Virus record (IMG/VR): IMGVR_UViG_3300035670_000150
Coordinates: 8,588 to 72,587 of that record
Strand: one strand, 5' to 3'
From: a virus
Length of the DNA stretch: 64,000 nucleotides
Shown in pieces: positions 38,693 to 47,670 of the stretch. Position 1 is the stretch's first letter. The number at the start of each line of letters is the position of its first letter. The position numbers and the translations under genes were made by a program. The notes below the pieces were generated by a model. It made no database searches. It had not been told where the DNA came from and was given only the letters and a program-made list of their open reading frames with translations.

Positions 38693-40341
38693 TATTTCTT
38701 AGTTGCAGCGGTGATTACTTTAACGAAATCGCCAGAAACTCCTAAGAATTCAAAGGACTTCTTAGTGCGTTTTTTAATTTCCATAATACGAACGCTGGAG
38801 GCTAGGGGAAGGTTAGAGGGCGTATGTCCTGCAAGCAACGCTTTCACCTCATCTCGGCTACTTGGTTTACTTGCCTTGGCATCCTTTTTGGCTGCATCTT
38901 CAACAGTTTCCACCTTCAGGCTCGGAGCTTTTTCCACTTCGTTAATGCCACGAGAAGCAGCTTCCAGTTCGACATTCTGCTTAACTTCGGGAGGTAATGA
39001 AGTTGGCTTATCCACTGGTTGCTCAGTGGGGGTTGTTACCGCAGCATTTTTAAGTTTAAGGTCTATTGGGGCATAAGTGGTATTGCTACCGTTATGCCCG
39101 CCAATAGTTACCTTGTACGCTGCTTTAGGGTAAAGCCCTTTAATTGCCTTGTTTAGCATCAATGCTAAAGAGTCAGGCATTGTTGTAGACGGTGTTCGTG
39201 ATAGCACATATTTTGCTGATTCATCATCGAGCACATCCAACAAACGATAGCGGTAAGTACGCACTTTACTTACGTTACGTTCAGGCACCGCTAGAATGTC
39301 TTCAGGGCTAAGTAAGCCCAATAGAACATTACTGCCATGGAAGGTAGATAGGTAAGTGCGGGTGCATACATGGAGGCCATTGGAACAGTCTTTTTTCCTG
39401 TCCAAGTCCACCAGCTTTTTATCCACCACGACTTCACAGCCTGCCCACTGTTTCACATTGCCTGAATGGCAATCTTTAAACACTTGTTCAGGTAGAGTGA
39501 TACCATCTATCTTGGTGTTACTAGGGCACTTGTTTACCCGTTTGTAAATAATGATGTCACCATCATTGGTTAAGGGTAAATCTGCTTTTTCAACAAAGGC
39601 CAGCACATCTTGCACTGAATGGTTCGGTTTAGTCGTCATAGCCGCTAAACGCTGCATGAGCCTATCTACCCCCTTGGTATTATGTGTTTTAACACCATGA
39701 GCTATTTGAGAGGCTAAGGCATCAGCATTTGGAATGATAGCTACCCCTTTTTCGGTTTCCACAACAGCAATGACAGTGGTGTTAGCTTCTTCCCGCACTT
39801 TGGTTTTTTCGTCCCACGCATCATCATCCATATGGATAGATTTAGGTGTGTCTAAGTGAACCACTTCAGAAGCTTCTGAGAGGAGTTCTGAGACTTCTTC
39901 AGCAGATGCCAAGGCATTCACATTAGGGACAGTTTGAGTGCCCTCAGAGGCTTTTGCAGCAGCGTTAATAGGGGCTTGCCTAATATCCCCTATGAATTCC
40001 TCTTTGAGTTCTACAGGGGCATCATCAGAGGATTTCTTACCAAATAGAGAAGCCAAGGCTTTTTTGGTAACTGAAAAGAATCGAGCTACGCCTGATTTCT
40101 TCTCGTATTCCTCTATAGAGACACCCTTGCTTTCCACTTGGGCATTACGGTTGAGGTTGAAGTACACCTCACCCTTTACCCGCAGCTCTGGAAAGACTTC
40201 TTCCGCGAGCACGGGAATCATAGGGTCGCCTTGAACATAAATGTAGGCATTACCTTCACTATCATAGATAGTTACATTTTGGGCAGTGACCAGAGCTGCA
40301 ACGACTTTAATCAGCCGTGGCTGATTCTTTTGGTTGTCCAT
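38692..40341 (-). CDS. rIIB: rIIB-like protein
   Basis: DLPLTNDGDIIIYK, DCHSG and CSNGLHV motifs; follows rIIA. Confidence 0.88.
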   Translation of the reverse strand: MDNQKNQPRLIKVVAALVTAQNVTIYDSEGNAYIYVQGDPMIPVLAEEVFPELRVKGEVYFNLNRNAQVESKGVSIEEYEKKSGVARFFSVTKKALASLFGKKSSDDAPVELKEEFIGDIRQAPINAAAKASEGTQTVPNVNALASAEEVSELLSEASEVVHLDTPKSIHMDDDAWDEKTKVREEANTTVIAVVETEKGVAIIPNADALASQIAHGVKTHNTKGVDRLMQRLAAMTTKPNHSVQDVLAFVEKADLPLTNDGDIIIYKRVNKCPSNTKIDGITLPEQVFKDCHSGNVKQWAGCEVVVDKKLVDLDRKKDCSNGLHVCTRTYLSTFHGSNVLLGLLSPEDILAVPERNVSKVRTYRYRLLDVLDDESAKYVLSRTPSTTMPDSLALMLNKAIKGLYPKAAYKVTIGGHNGSNTTYAPIDLKLKNAAVTTPTEQPVDKPTSLPPEVKQNVELEAASRGINEVEKAPSLKVETVEDAAKKDAKASKPSSRDEVKALLAGHTPSNLPLASSVRIMEIKKRTKKSFEFLGVSGDFVKVITAATKK

Positions 40342-43144
40342 GTTGTTTCCTCAAGTTATCTAGCAGTAGTTTAATGACAGGAACCAAGGTTTCGTCATCA
40401 GGTTCATTATTTTGGGCAAACGTTTTCATCATAGAGTAGTTGATATAATTAGGCAGCACTGAATTTTCAAGCAATGCTGCTAATTCTAATACCCTTTTAG
40501 AATACGTCATCTTTTTGGTTATATCATTAATGATATTCTGTACCCGCTTCATTTCTTCAGGGTACTCATTTACCAGAGGTTTTAATGAAGGGATAATATC
40601 TTTTAACAATAGCAAGAATTTACATTCTTCCGAATTTTCATCGAGGATTGCAAAATTCTTAAGTTTAACTAACGAATGTGCTTTTTCAGTTAGCAACAGA
40701 GTAATGAATAAATCATCCCTACTGGTGCAACTTCTAAATAAATCAAATTTATCGTATCTCACTTTAATTTTGCCATACTTGGTATCCACTTCTGTATTAC
40801 TTACAAAGAATACCGAAGAAAGAGAGCTACAATAGTGACTTAAATAAAGAGCATCAGCTAAGTTGTTAGGTAACTTAACACGCTTATAAAGCTCTTCAAT
40901 CGCATCAACTATCCACGATACAACATGGTTGTTTTGCCCTTTTGGCAAAGTGTTGGCTTTTAGCCATTTACGATATTCCACTGCCCGCTTTGTGATATAT
41001 ACACTACTTTTCGTTAATTTCTGTAAAGCAGAAATAGTTTTGTATAAATCAATAGAAGGGGATTTTGTATCACCTAAGATTTTCATCTCAGGGCTTAACA
41101 ATCCACTCTTATTTAACAGAAGCAATAGAGAAGGGGTTTCCATAGGGGCTGCTGTAGATGCAGGCATTTCAACCATCACCACTGAATCGTTGGCTGTCTT
41201 TGAAAGATGCAGTGGGGCAACCGCAACAGTTTTTACTTTGTTGGCTTTATTCAGAGCTAAAGTAGCTTTACGCTTATTCACAATCTCGTCATGAGCTTGC
41301 TGTTCTGCTTTGCTCTTAATGAACAAATCAACTACTTCGTATCCTTCAGCTTCTAATTCTGCAATTAAAGCTTTACGAACCGCTTCTTTTTTATCCCCTT
41401 TGATAACCAAAGGGGTAACAGTGTCCACCTTATGTTTGAATTTTCCAAACATGATTCTGTCACGAATTCTGCGGAAAGTAGTATTCAGTACATCAGTTAT
41501 GATTACCACTTTATTCATTAAGGGTGTCACTTTTTGCAATGGTACTTTATATTCCCCCAATCTTTGAACATTTTTCAAGGTCAAGGGAATAACATGCATT
41601 GAACTATCTATATTGTGTTCAAGGTAATTAGCAGCAGTTAGATTCAATAAATACGCAGAACTATCAGGGTAATGTTTGAATTGGATGTCTCTTGCTTTGC
41701 CATAAGACAATTCAAGCACATCTGAAAAGTCCACATTGATTATATCATTTTTAGGAACTTCGCTTAATTCAATTCCCAACTGTTTCATTACTGCATCTAA
41801 AAGGTTTAAATCACAATAAGCCCCTTTAGGTAATTTTTGATTAAATATCGTAGTGGGGTTAATAAAGCTCTTTAAATTTTGTAATTGGAACAATTTACAG
41901 AAGGCTAATTTTTCATAGCTATCCACCCTTTTATACGCCAAGATACGGTGAACAACATCTAAAGTAGTTTCTTTTAATTTAGAATCAGCTATATTAAAAA
42001 GTTTCTGCGCCATTACGGTTAATGGCATGTCTTTAGGCAATGGAGAAATATCTATACTATAGCGGTCATGGCGTCCTTCTTTTTTCCTTCTGCCAATAAT
42101 TGCATCAGTTTCATCAATCACTTTTTCTATGTGCTTTGGCAGCAGTGTCCATAAAGGCTCTTCTGCTTTTTTCACCCCTTCGATAAAGGTGTTAAGTAAT
42201 TTAGTGAGTTCTTTGATGTTTTCAGAAGTTACGGACAGTGATTCACGGCTAGGGTGTACTACCAGTGAATCAGGGGCAGCTTGAATAATAAGGCATCCAT
42301 AATCATAACAGTCGTCTTTGACTACGGAGAGCAGGCTGACAACTTCTTTATAAGCAGTGATGTAATCCATATTTTCCACGCCTTCTAGGTCGGGGAAACG
42401 GTATACGATGTTAGCGTAACGCACGTTAAGGCTATTGCCTACTGTAGGCAGTTGGATAGCATCACTTGGCATTAGAACAGTGAAAGCATTGGCTTCTCTG
42501 CTCAGATTAATACCACGGATTTCATTATCAGGAGCGCCCTTAAAGGTTATCACTGCTGGAATATCCCCGCTGTATACTACGTTACGAGCATACTTAACGA
42601 TGGTGCTAGCATCATGAGGTTTAAGCGGGATATTGACAGTAAGCCCTGTTTCAGTGGTTGGGGCTTCCATGATTTTTACAATGGCTGGCCTGCCTTGGGT
42701 AAGCTTAGAGGCTTTGACTATCTGATAGATTGTCTTGGTGCCATTACAGCAAGAGATAACTTCGAATGCATCGGTATAGCCATGGGGTGATTTGCATCCT
42801 AGCCCTAGGCCGCCTGTACTTCGAGAATCCCCTGATTTGGTTCCTTCCCCAATGGTGCCATAAATTTTGCCCATTAGTGAGTGAGGAATACCTAAACCAA
42901 AGTCTTTGATGGTGAACATGGTATCGGTGATGTCAATTTGGATAGGGGTATCAATACCCTTTTCAATATGGGCATCCCAACCGTTTGTGATAGTTTCCCT
43001 TACCATAGCCAAAGAGTGGTATTGATATAAGCTCTTTTGGAATATGGCAATGAATTCAGGCGAGTTAGCCAGAGTCATTTCTGATACTTCTTGATAGCCT
43101 ACTACAGCCGCTGAGTTTTCTTTGGTGGTACTGGTTACTTTCAT
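40307..43144 (-). CDS. rIIA: rIIA-like protein with N-terminal GHKL ATPase
   Basis: LY....AMVRETITNGWDAH, IKDFGLGI, TGGLGLGCKSP, TGLTV. Confidence 0.9.
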   Translation of the reverse strand: MKVTSTTKENSAAVVGYQEVSEMTLANSPEFIAIFQKSLYQYHSLAMVRETITNGWDAHIEKGIDTPIQIDITDTMFTIKDFGLGIPHSLMGKIYGTIGEGTKSGDSRSTGGLGLGCKSPHGYTDAFEVISCCNGTKTIYQIVKASKLTQGRPAIVKIMEAPTTETGLTVNIPLKPHDASTIVKYARNVVYSGDIPAVITFKGAPDNEIRGINLSREANAFTVLMPSDAIQLPTVGNSLNVRYANIVYRFPDLEGVENMDYITAYKEVVSLLSVVKDDCYDYGCLIIQAAPDSLVVHPSRESLSVTSENIKELTKLLNTFIEGVKKAEEPLWTLLPKHIEKVIDETDAIIGRRKKEGRHDRYSIDISPLPKDMPLTVMAQKLFNIADSKLKETTLDVVHRILAYKRVDSYEKLAFCKLFQLQNLKSFINPTTIFNQKLPKGAYCDLNLLDAVMKQLGIELSEVPKNDIINVDFSDVLELSYGKARDIQFKHYPDSSAYLLNLTAANYLEHNIDSSMHVIPLTLKNVQRLGEYKVPLQKVTPLMNKVVIITDVLNTTFRRIRDRIMFGKFKHKVDTVTPLVIKGDKKEAVRKALIAELEAEGYEVVDLFIKSKAEQQAHDEIVNKRKATLALNKANKVKTVAVAPLHLSKTANDSVVMVEMPASTAAPMETPSLLLLLNKSGLLSPEMKILGDTKSPSIDLYKTISALQKLTKSSVYITKRAVEYRKWLKANTLPKGQNNHVVSWIVDAIEELYKRVKLPNNLADALYLSHYCSSLSSVFFVSNTEVDTKYGKIKVRYDKFDLFRSCTSRDDLFITLLLTEKAHSLVKLKNFAILDENSEECKFLLLLKDIIPSLKPLVNEYPEEMKRVQNIINDITKKMTYSKRVLELAALLENSVLPNYINYSMMKTFAQNNEPDDETLVPVIKLLLDNLRKQHGQPKESATAD

Positions 43145-43146
43145 GA

Positions 43147-43488
43147 TTATTTCTCTGAATTGGTTAAGCGAATATCTCTTCGCTTTTGGTTTTCTTTATG
43201 GGTTACAACTTCGAGGTGAGCAGGATTGCAGCAGTTCCTTATCCCACATAGGTGGTCAACTTGCCTACTACTAGGGATATACCCGTAATAGTGGGTAGCT
43301 ACTACCTTATGCACGGCTGAGGTAACGCCATCTATCGATATTCTGCCATAGCCGCCTCCTCTGCCTTTGCCAGAGGTTCCCCCTTGCCATATAAAGCAAG
43401 GACTGTTTTTCCCATCAATAGAAAAACCTGTATCTATTTCAGATACCTTACTGAGGATGCGGTCTAGTATGTCAGTTCGTCTACACAT
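43147..43488 (-). CDS. HNH endonuclease (N4 gp22-like)
   Basis: CFIWQG..SG.GRGGGYGR, VDHLC..RNCCNPAHLE..THKEN. Confidence 0.88.
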   Translation of the reverse strand: MCRRTDILDRILSKVSEIDTGFSIDGKNSPCFIWQGGTSGKGRGGGYGRISIDGVTSAVHKVVATHYYGYIPSSRQVDHLCGIRNCCNPAHLEVVTHKENQKRRDIRLTNSEK

Positions 43489-43524
43489 GATTCCCCCTTT
43501 CAGTAAAGTGGTAATTGCACCAAG

Positions 43525-43869
43525 TTAAAAGGGTACTTTGGAGTCACAGAACACACAGGGTTTGTTCAGTGCAGTTCCATGCACGCACATATCTTTATAG
43601 ATAAGATGCGGATAACGCTCACCTGTAGGGCTTTCAATAAGCACATCGGGCAAACTGTTGGCATAGGTAATGACTTCTGCATACATGGCAGTAATCAGAG
43701 CACGTTTATCTTGTTCTGTCAGGTTGAGGTCTACCCACCCCATGGTTGTTTCAAACATGTTTAGCAAAATGCTTACATGCTGTTCTTTAGGCACTTCGTT
43801 TTGAAGTCTGCCGAGTACTGCTAAGAAGTGTTCGAACACCTTCAAATCTTTAATTTCACTGTCTTTCAT
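43525..43869 (-). CDS. Hypothetical protein with C-terminal CxH/CxxC
   Basis: Likely ATG at 43869; CVHG...PCVFC. Confidence 0.55.
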   Translation of the reverse strand: MKDSEIKDLKVFEHFLAVLGRLQNEVPKEQHVSILLNMFETTMGWVDLNLTEQDKRALITAMYAEVITYANSLPDVLIESPTGERYPHLIYKDMCVHGTALNKPCVFCDSKVPF

Positions 43870-43902
43870 ACGGTTACGCCTTTGATTAGAAACCAAAGAG
43901 AG

Positions 43903-43929
43903 AAAAACAAATGCCCCAATTAAGGGGCA
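43903..43929 (-). terminator. Rho-independent terminator
   Basis: TGCCCC-AATTAA-GGGGCA with an A-rich left flank. Confidence 0.7.
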
Positions 43930-43947
43930 AGATGTTTAGAGAGGGAG

Positions 43948-44409
43948 TTAGACTACGTAGACCAGCACGTTATCAGGGAGCTTTTCTACGTGCTCATCCA
44001 ATTCCTCACGGGTTAGTCCGCCTAGTCCTATAGCAGGGTAGGGTAAGTGGAAAGTAAGATGAGGGTCTTTCGTGGCTATCGAAGCAAGGTCTTCAATAGC
44101 TTTGATGACCGTAGGCAAATCGCTCGGGTCTTTGTAGTGGTTTTTAGTGAACATGGCACCAATACCTGCTTCCACTTCCATTGGATGAGGATGGAATAGA
44201 TTATGCACAGTTAAATCCTGCACTTTGGCTTTCAGTTTTCGGCCAAATAGTTTAGGAGTATCTGGCAAGGCCATAGCACATGCTAAAGCATTGCCCCCAC
44301 CCATGATAAGCACACCAGAAGGATGGATAATACGATTAGCGGTAAACATGATAACATGTTGTTTTTCAGGCTTGGCACCATAGTTGATTAAGTCATTAAT
44401 GTATTTCAT
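43948..44409 (-). CDS. Macrodomain (ADP-ribose binding/hydrolase) protein
   Basis: TAN...G.LIMGGGNA, FTKNHYKDPS and LPYPAIGLGGL match macrodomain loop 1 and loop 2 signatures. Confidence 0.8.
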   Translation of the reverse strand: MKYINDLINYGAKPEKQHVIMFTANRIIHPSGVLIMGGGNALACAMALPDTPKLFGRKLKAKVQDLTVHNLFHPHPMEVEAGIGAMFTKNHYKDPSDLPTVIKAIEDLASIATKDPHLTFHLPYPAIGLGGLTREELDEHVEKLPDNVLVYVV

Positions 44410-44965
44410 TGGAACCCCGCAAGATTAAGTTAGTTAACGGCACCACATTGTTGGTATCAATACCATCCAATGCTTGAGAAGCTTTTAGGCGTGCTTGTTC
44501 AGCAGCGTGTGCAAGCATTTCAATACGGAAGGTGGTCAGATAATCCAAATGAGTGGCATCGAATAAACGTGGGATTTGGGATAGCCAGAACGCTTTTACT
44601 GCTTGTTTAGCAGCGTTATAGGCGGCTACTTGTTCATCGGTAAATGGAGTTGTGGCATGGTAACGCACGGGGTCTTTAGGTGTTCCACCTAAGTCCATAG
44701 CACCTAACGTCAACGCTTCAGCTAAGAAATCACTAATTGTTTCATGGTTGCTGGGGATTTCGATATTTTCGAAATCGGGAATACCACTTAATAACAATGG
44801 GATGTTTTGAATTTTGAGGGAATTAACAGCGAAAGTAACAGCATTGAAGTCATCGAGGAATGACTCACTGATACCTGCTAGAACAGCTTCCACTGCGGTC
44901 AGTTTTTCAATGTATGTCTCAGGCTTCTTTGACATCATCAGTTGAATAGAAACGGGTTTTTTCAT
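44396..44965 (-). CDS. Hypothetical protein
   Basis: Likely ATG at 44965 with GAGG RBS. Confidence 0.65.
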   Translation of the reverse strand: MKKPVSIQLMMSKKPETYIEKLTAVEAVLAGISESFLDDFNAVTFAVNSLKIQNIPLLLSGIPDFENIEIPSNHETISDFLAEALTLGAMDLGGTPKDPVRYHATTPFTDEQVAAYNAAKQAVKAFWLSQIPRLFDATHLDYLTTFRIEMLAHAAEQARLKASQALDGIDTNNVVPLTNLILRGSNEIH

Positions 44966-44984
44966 GGGTTGCCTCTTAGGTAGG

Positions 44985-45527
44985 TTAAGCCATATCACTG
45001 GCTACGTGTTTAAAATCAATAGTGCCTTTTTCGTTGATATAACCAACGAATTCACCATCAAATCCCCCTATCTGTTCGAACGCTCTCATAAGAGCTTCAT
45101 CTTCGATAGGTTCATCTGAAATGAAGGCAACGAATCCATAGCCCACTATTCGGTTGGCTATGTGTGTGAAGGAGTAGAGATAGTCTCTGTGAGCTTCTTG
45201 GATGCTCTTGGTTATGTCTTTGAACACCACAGGGGCAGACACACCTATATCAATACTTTTGAGCTTATTCTTGCCGTTTGGTTCTTTGATGCATACGCCT
45301 GCATAGATAGTCCAAGAATGTTTGCAATTGAACATCATATGCATGATGTCCTTCTTGTACATAGGAGGTACACCCTGTTCCATAAACAGCCCTGATTTAG
45401 TTTCATCAAGCAAGTTACAGGCAATGCCTATCTTTCTGAACCCCTGCTTAAACTTGGTTACTTCGAGATTGTGCTCAATGTTCAAGTTCTTCTTAGGGTT
45501 ATATTTTTTGTTTCTTTTCTTGGTCAT
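44985..45527 (-). CDS. Hypothetical protein (basic KKRNKKYNP N-terminus)
   Basis: ORF co-oriented in the operon. Confidence 0.65.
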   Translation of the reverse strand: MTKKRNKKYNPKKNLNIEHNLEVTKFKQGFRKIGIACNLLDETKSGLFMEQGVPPMYKKDIMHMMFNCKHSWTIYAGVCIKEPNGKNKLKSIDIGVSAPVVFKDITKSIQEAHRDYLYSFTHIANRIVGYGFVAFISDEPIEDEALMRAFEQIGGFDGEFVGYINEKGTIDFKHVASDMA

Positions 45528-45553
45528 AGCTTGAATCTCTGTTACACGATAAT

Positions 45554-45580
45554 AAAAAAAGCCCCTAAGTAGAGGCTTTT
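45554..45580 (-). terminator. Rho-independent terminator
   Basis: AAAAGCCCCT-AAGT-AGAGGCTTTT; the mismatch reads as a G-U pair only on the - strand. Confidence 0.75.
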
Positions 45581-45596
45581 TGTGTTACCTAATAAA

Positions 45597-45800
45597 TTAG
45601 AGTTTTCTTTTCTTCAATAACTCATAATCATTTGAGCATTCAATATCACAAAATAGTTTGTCTTTGTCCACCTTTTCTAAGCAGTAATGGCATACCCCAA
45701 TTTTGAGTAATTTGGTAGCAGTGCTATTACGTGCATTAGTAATGGCAGTATCCAAAGAAAACATTTCTTGCCTGCTGGCTGCATCGATTATATCAGGCAT
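45597..45800 (-). CDS. Small C4 zinc-finger protein (DksA/TraR-like layout)
   Basis: MPDIIDAAS N-terminal DxxD plus CHYC...FCDIEC. Confidence 0.65.
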   Translation of the reverse strand: MPDIIDAASRQEMFSLDTAITNARNSTATKLLKIGVCHYCLEKVDKDKLFCDIECSNDYELLKKRKL

Positions 45801-45816
45801 AGCGTCCCTTAAAAGC

Positions 45817-45845
45817 AAGCCCCTAGTGGTGTTACCTAGAGGCTT
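45817..45845 (-). terminator. Hairpin downstream of dUTPase
   Basis: AAGCCCCTAG...CTAGAGGCTT. Confidence 0.6.
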
Positions 45846-45856
45846 ATAAGTGGTTG

Positions 45857-46330
45857 TTAAACAGTACCTGTAGAATTGAAGCCCTGTTCGTTACGTTCGG
45901 TTTCTTCGTTGAAATCTTCAACAGTTTCGAATTCGACAGGGATAACGGGCAAGAACAAGAGTTGGGCAATACGGTCGCCATTATGCACTACTTGCTGAAC
46001 ACTGCCACGGTTCATCAGGCTGACTTTTATTTCGCCTTGGTAGTCAGAGTCAATCAAGCCAACGCTGTTACCTAGCACTAAGCCTTGCTTATGTCCTAAG
46101 CCGCTACGTGGGATTAACACGGCACAGACTTCAGGGTCTTGGATATGGATGGCAATGCCTGTTTCGATGAGCAGAGGAGGGGTGTTAGGTTCGAGAGTAA
46201 CATACCCTTCAGGAATGACAGCACGGATGTCAATACCTGCTGAACCTTCAGTACCTCGGGTGAGAGGTAAAGGTTCGTGCGTTTCGGCATCGACTAGGCA
46301 GTTAGGTAAAAATTTCAATTTCACTTTCAT
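45857..46330 (-). CDS. dut: Trimeric dUTPase
   Basis: All five motifs: AGIDI, PRSGL, GLIDSDYQGE, GDRIAQL, RNEQGFNSTG. Confidence 0.96.
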   Translation of the reverse strand: MKVKLKFLPNCLVDAETHEPLPLTRGTEGSAGIDIRAVIPEGYVTLEPNTPPLLIETGIAIHIQDPEVCAVLIPRSGLGHKQGLVLGNSVGLIDSDYQGEIKVSLMNRGSVQQVVHNGDRIAQLLFLPVIPVEFETVEDFNEETERNEQGFNSTGTV

Positions 46331-46383
46331 AACGTTTTCCTTTTGCGAGGATTAATAACCAACAATGGTATAGCATAATAATG

Positions 46384-46424
46384 AAAAAGCCCCTAACGGC
46401 AATTGGAATAGACGTTAGAGGCTT
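46384..46424 (-). terminator. Rho-independent terminator
   Basis: AAGCCCCTAACG...CGTTAGAGGCTT with a left A-tract. Confidence 0.65.
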
Positions 46425-46468
46425 AGGGCAGATGCTTCCCAACAAAGTACCCTTAAATAAGTGTATTT

Positions 46469-46870
46469 TTAATTTAAATCGGTAGCAATACCTTTATAGA
46501 CATATATCGAATCTTTGATACGTATCACAGGTGGAGTAGGTGTATTTAATTGCATGAAACGAGTAAGCGTATTTCGAGTCATGCCTGTAATCTTGGCAAC
46601 CTTTGTTTGGTTGCCATACGTTTTAATAAGCATCCCATCCAGATTATCAGTAATGACATGACTGAATGCAGGGTTTGTCAACATGGAATTAACTAAAGCC
46701 AGTCCAGCATTAGTAGTTAACCCTTCTACTTGGGTAATCCATTTAGCAGGGTCAAAAATAGTGTTTTTACGAAGAGTCCAATTACCTTTTGGTAATTGAA
46801 TAATTCTGACATGCTTTATGTCATATTTAAGAAAAACCAAATCGAGGATGATTTTTACTTGGAGATTCAT
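46469..46870 (-). CDS. NinH-like HTH DNA-binding protein
   Basis: GMLIKTYGNQTKVAKITGMTRNTL resembles lambda NinH as recalled (DMLVEAYGNQTEVARRLKCSRGTV). Confidence 0.65.
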   Translation of the reverse strand: MNLQVKIILDLVFLKYDIKHVRIIQLPKGNWTLRKNTIFDPAKWITQVEGLTTNAGLALVNSMLTNPAFSHVITDNLDGMLIKTYGNQTKVAKITGMTRNTLTRFMQLNTPTPPVIRIKDSIYVYKGIATDLN

Positions 46871-47256
46871 TATAGCTCCTTGAATAACGGTTTCCCGTTT
46901 ACTCTATCTTCTAAATAGGCTGCAATGGTTTCACCATGGCATTGGTTAGGGGCACAGTAACAACACAAGTGAAGTTCTCCTTCAGCTTCCAGCCTCTCGG
47001 CCAAGCTATCTAGTAGATTCATTACGGTTACTTTTCGAATATCGTTTTTGCCTTCTATGATGGAATGAAACAGCTTATGATATTCCTCACAAGCCTCTTT
47101 CCTAGAGGCTACTTTAGTGATGCCCTTAAAGGAACTTTCAATATGGCTGAAAGGGTTTCCTAAAATAGTTCCCCTGCCGATGTACACAGCATCTCGGGGA
47201 ATAGCATCACGATGTTTGTTCAGTAGAATCACTTTCTTCATTTTGTTTAGTCTCAT
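46870..47256 (-). CDS. DUF4326 family protein
   Basis: VYIGRG..LGNPF and L.CYCAP..CHG signatures. Confidence 0.85.
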   Translation of the reverse strand: MRLNKMKKVILLNKHRDAIPRDAVYIGRGTILGNPFSHIESSFKGITKVASRKEACEEYHKLFHSIIEGKNDIRKVTVMNLLDSLAERLEAEGELHLCCYCAPNQCHGETIAAYLEDRVNGKPLFKEL

Positions 47257-47283
47257 GTCAAAGACACCAAAAAAAGAAAGTGA

Positions 47284-47670
47284 TTACACTTTTTTTCTCG
47301 GGGCATTTTTAATGCTGTAACAAGTATCTGAAATGATGCTCAATCTCTCAGCCCGTAGATTACAGATAATGCTATGTACGGTGCTTCTAGCTATCCCAAA
47401 CTCTTTAACTAAAGCGTTGGTTGATACCTGTTGTCCTGATACCAGCAGCTTTTTGATATGGTCTTTCAACGTAGTGCAGTTACCATAACCAAGGGCTGAG
47501 AATTGATAGTGACCTCGTTTGTGCCTACGCACAACCTCACTTGTACGAAGTATGTACCGTACTTGGTTCTTGGTTCCAAATACACCCATTTCGGTTAAGT
47601 CCGTTAGGGTGTATGTTAGATACCAGTTGTTTTGTAGGAACTTTTCCAGAGGAGTTAGTTCTCTACTCAT
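47284..47670 (-). CDS. Putative winged-helix DNA-binding protein
   Basis: VSTNALVKEFGIARSTVHSIICNLR HTH-like segment. Confidence 0.6.
   Translation of the reverse strand: MSRELTPLEKFLQNNWYLTYTLTDLTEMGVFGTKNQVRYILRTSEVVRRHKRGHYQFSALGYGNCTTLKDHIKKLLVSGQQVSTNALVKEFGIARSTVHSIICNLRAERLSIISDTCYSIKNAPRKKV

Noticed and set aside
43147-43488. HNH as a mobile homing endonuclease or intron
   Set aside because: Short, matches the conserved N4 gp22-type gene and interrupts nothing
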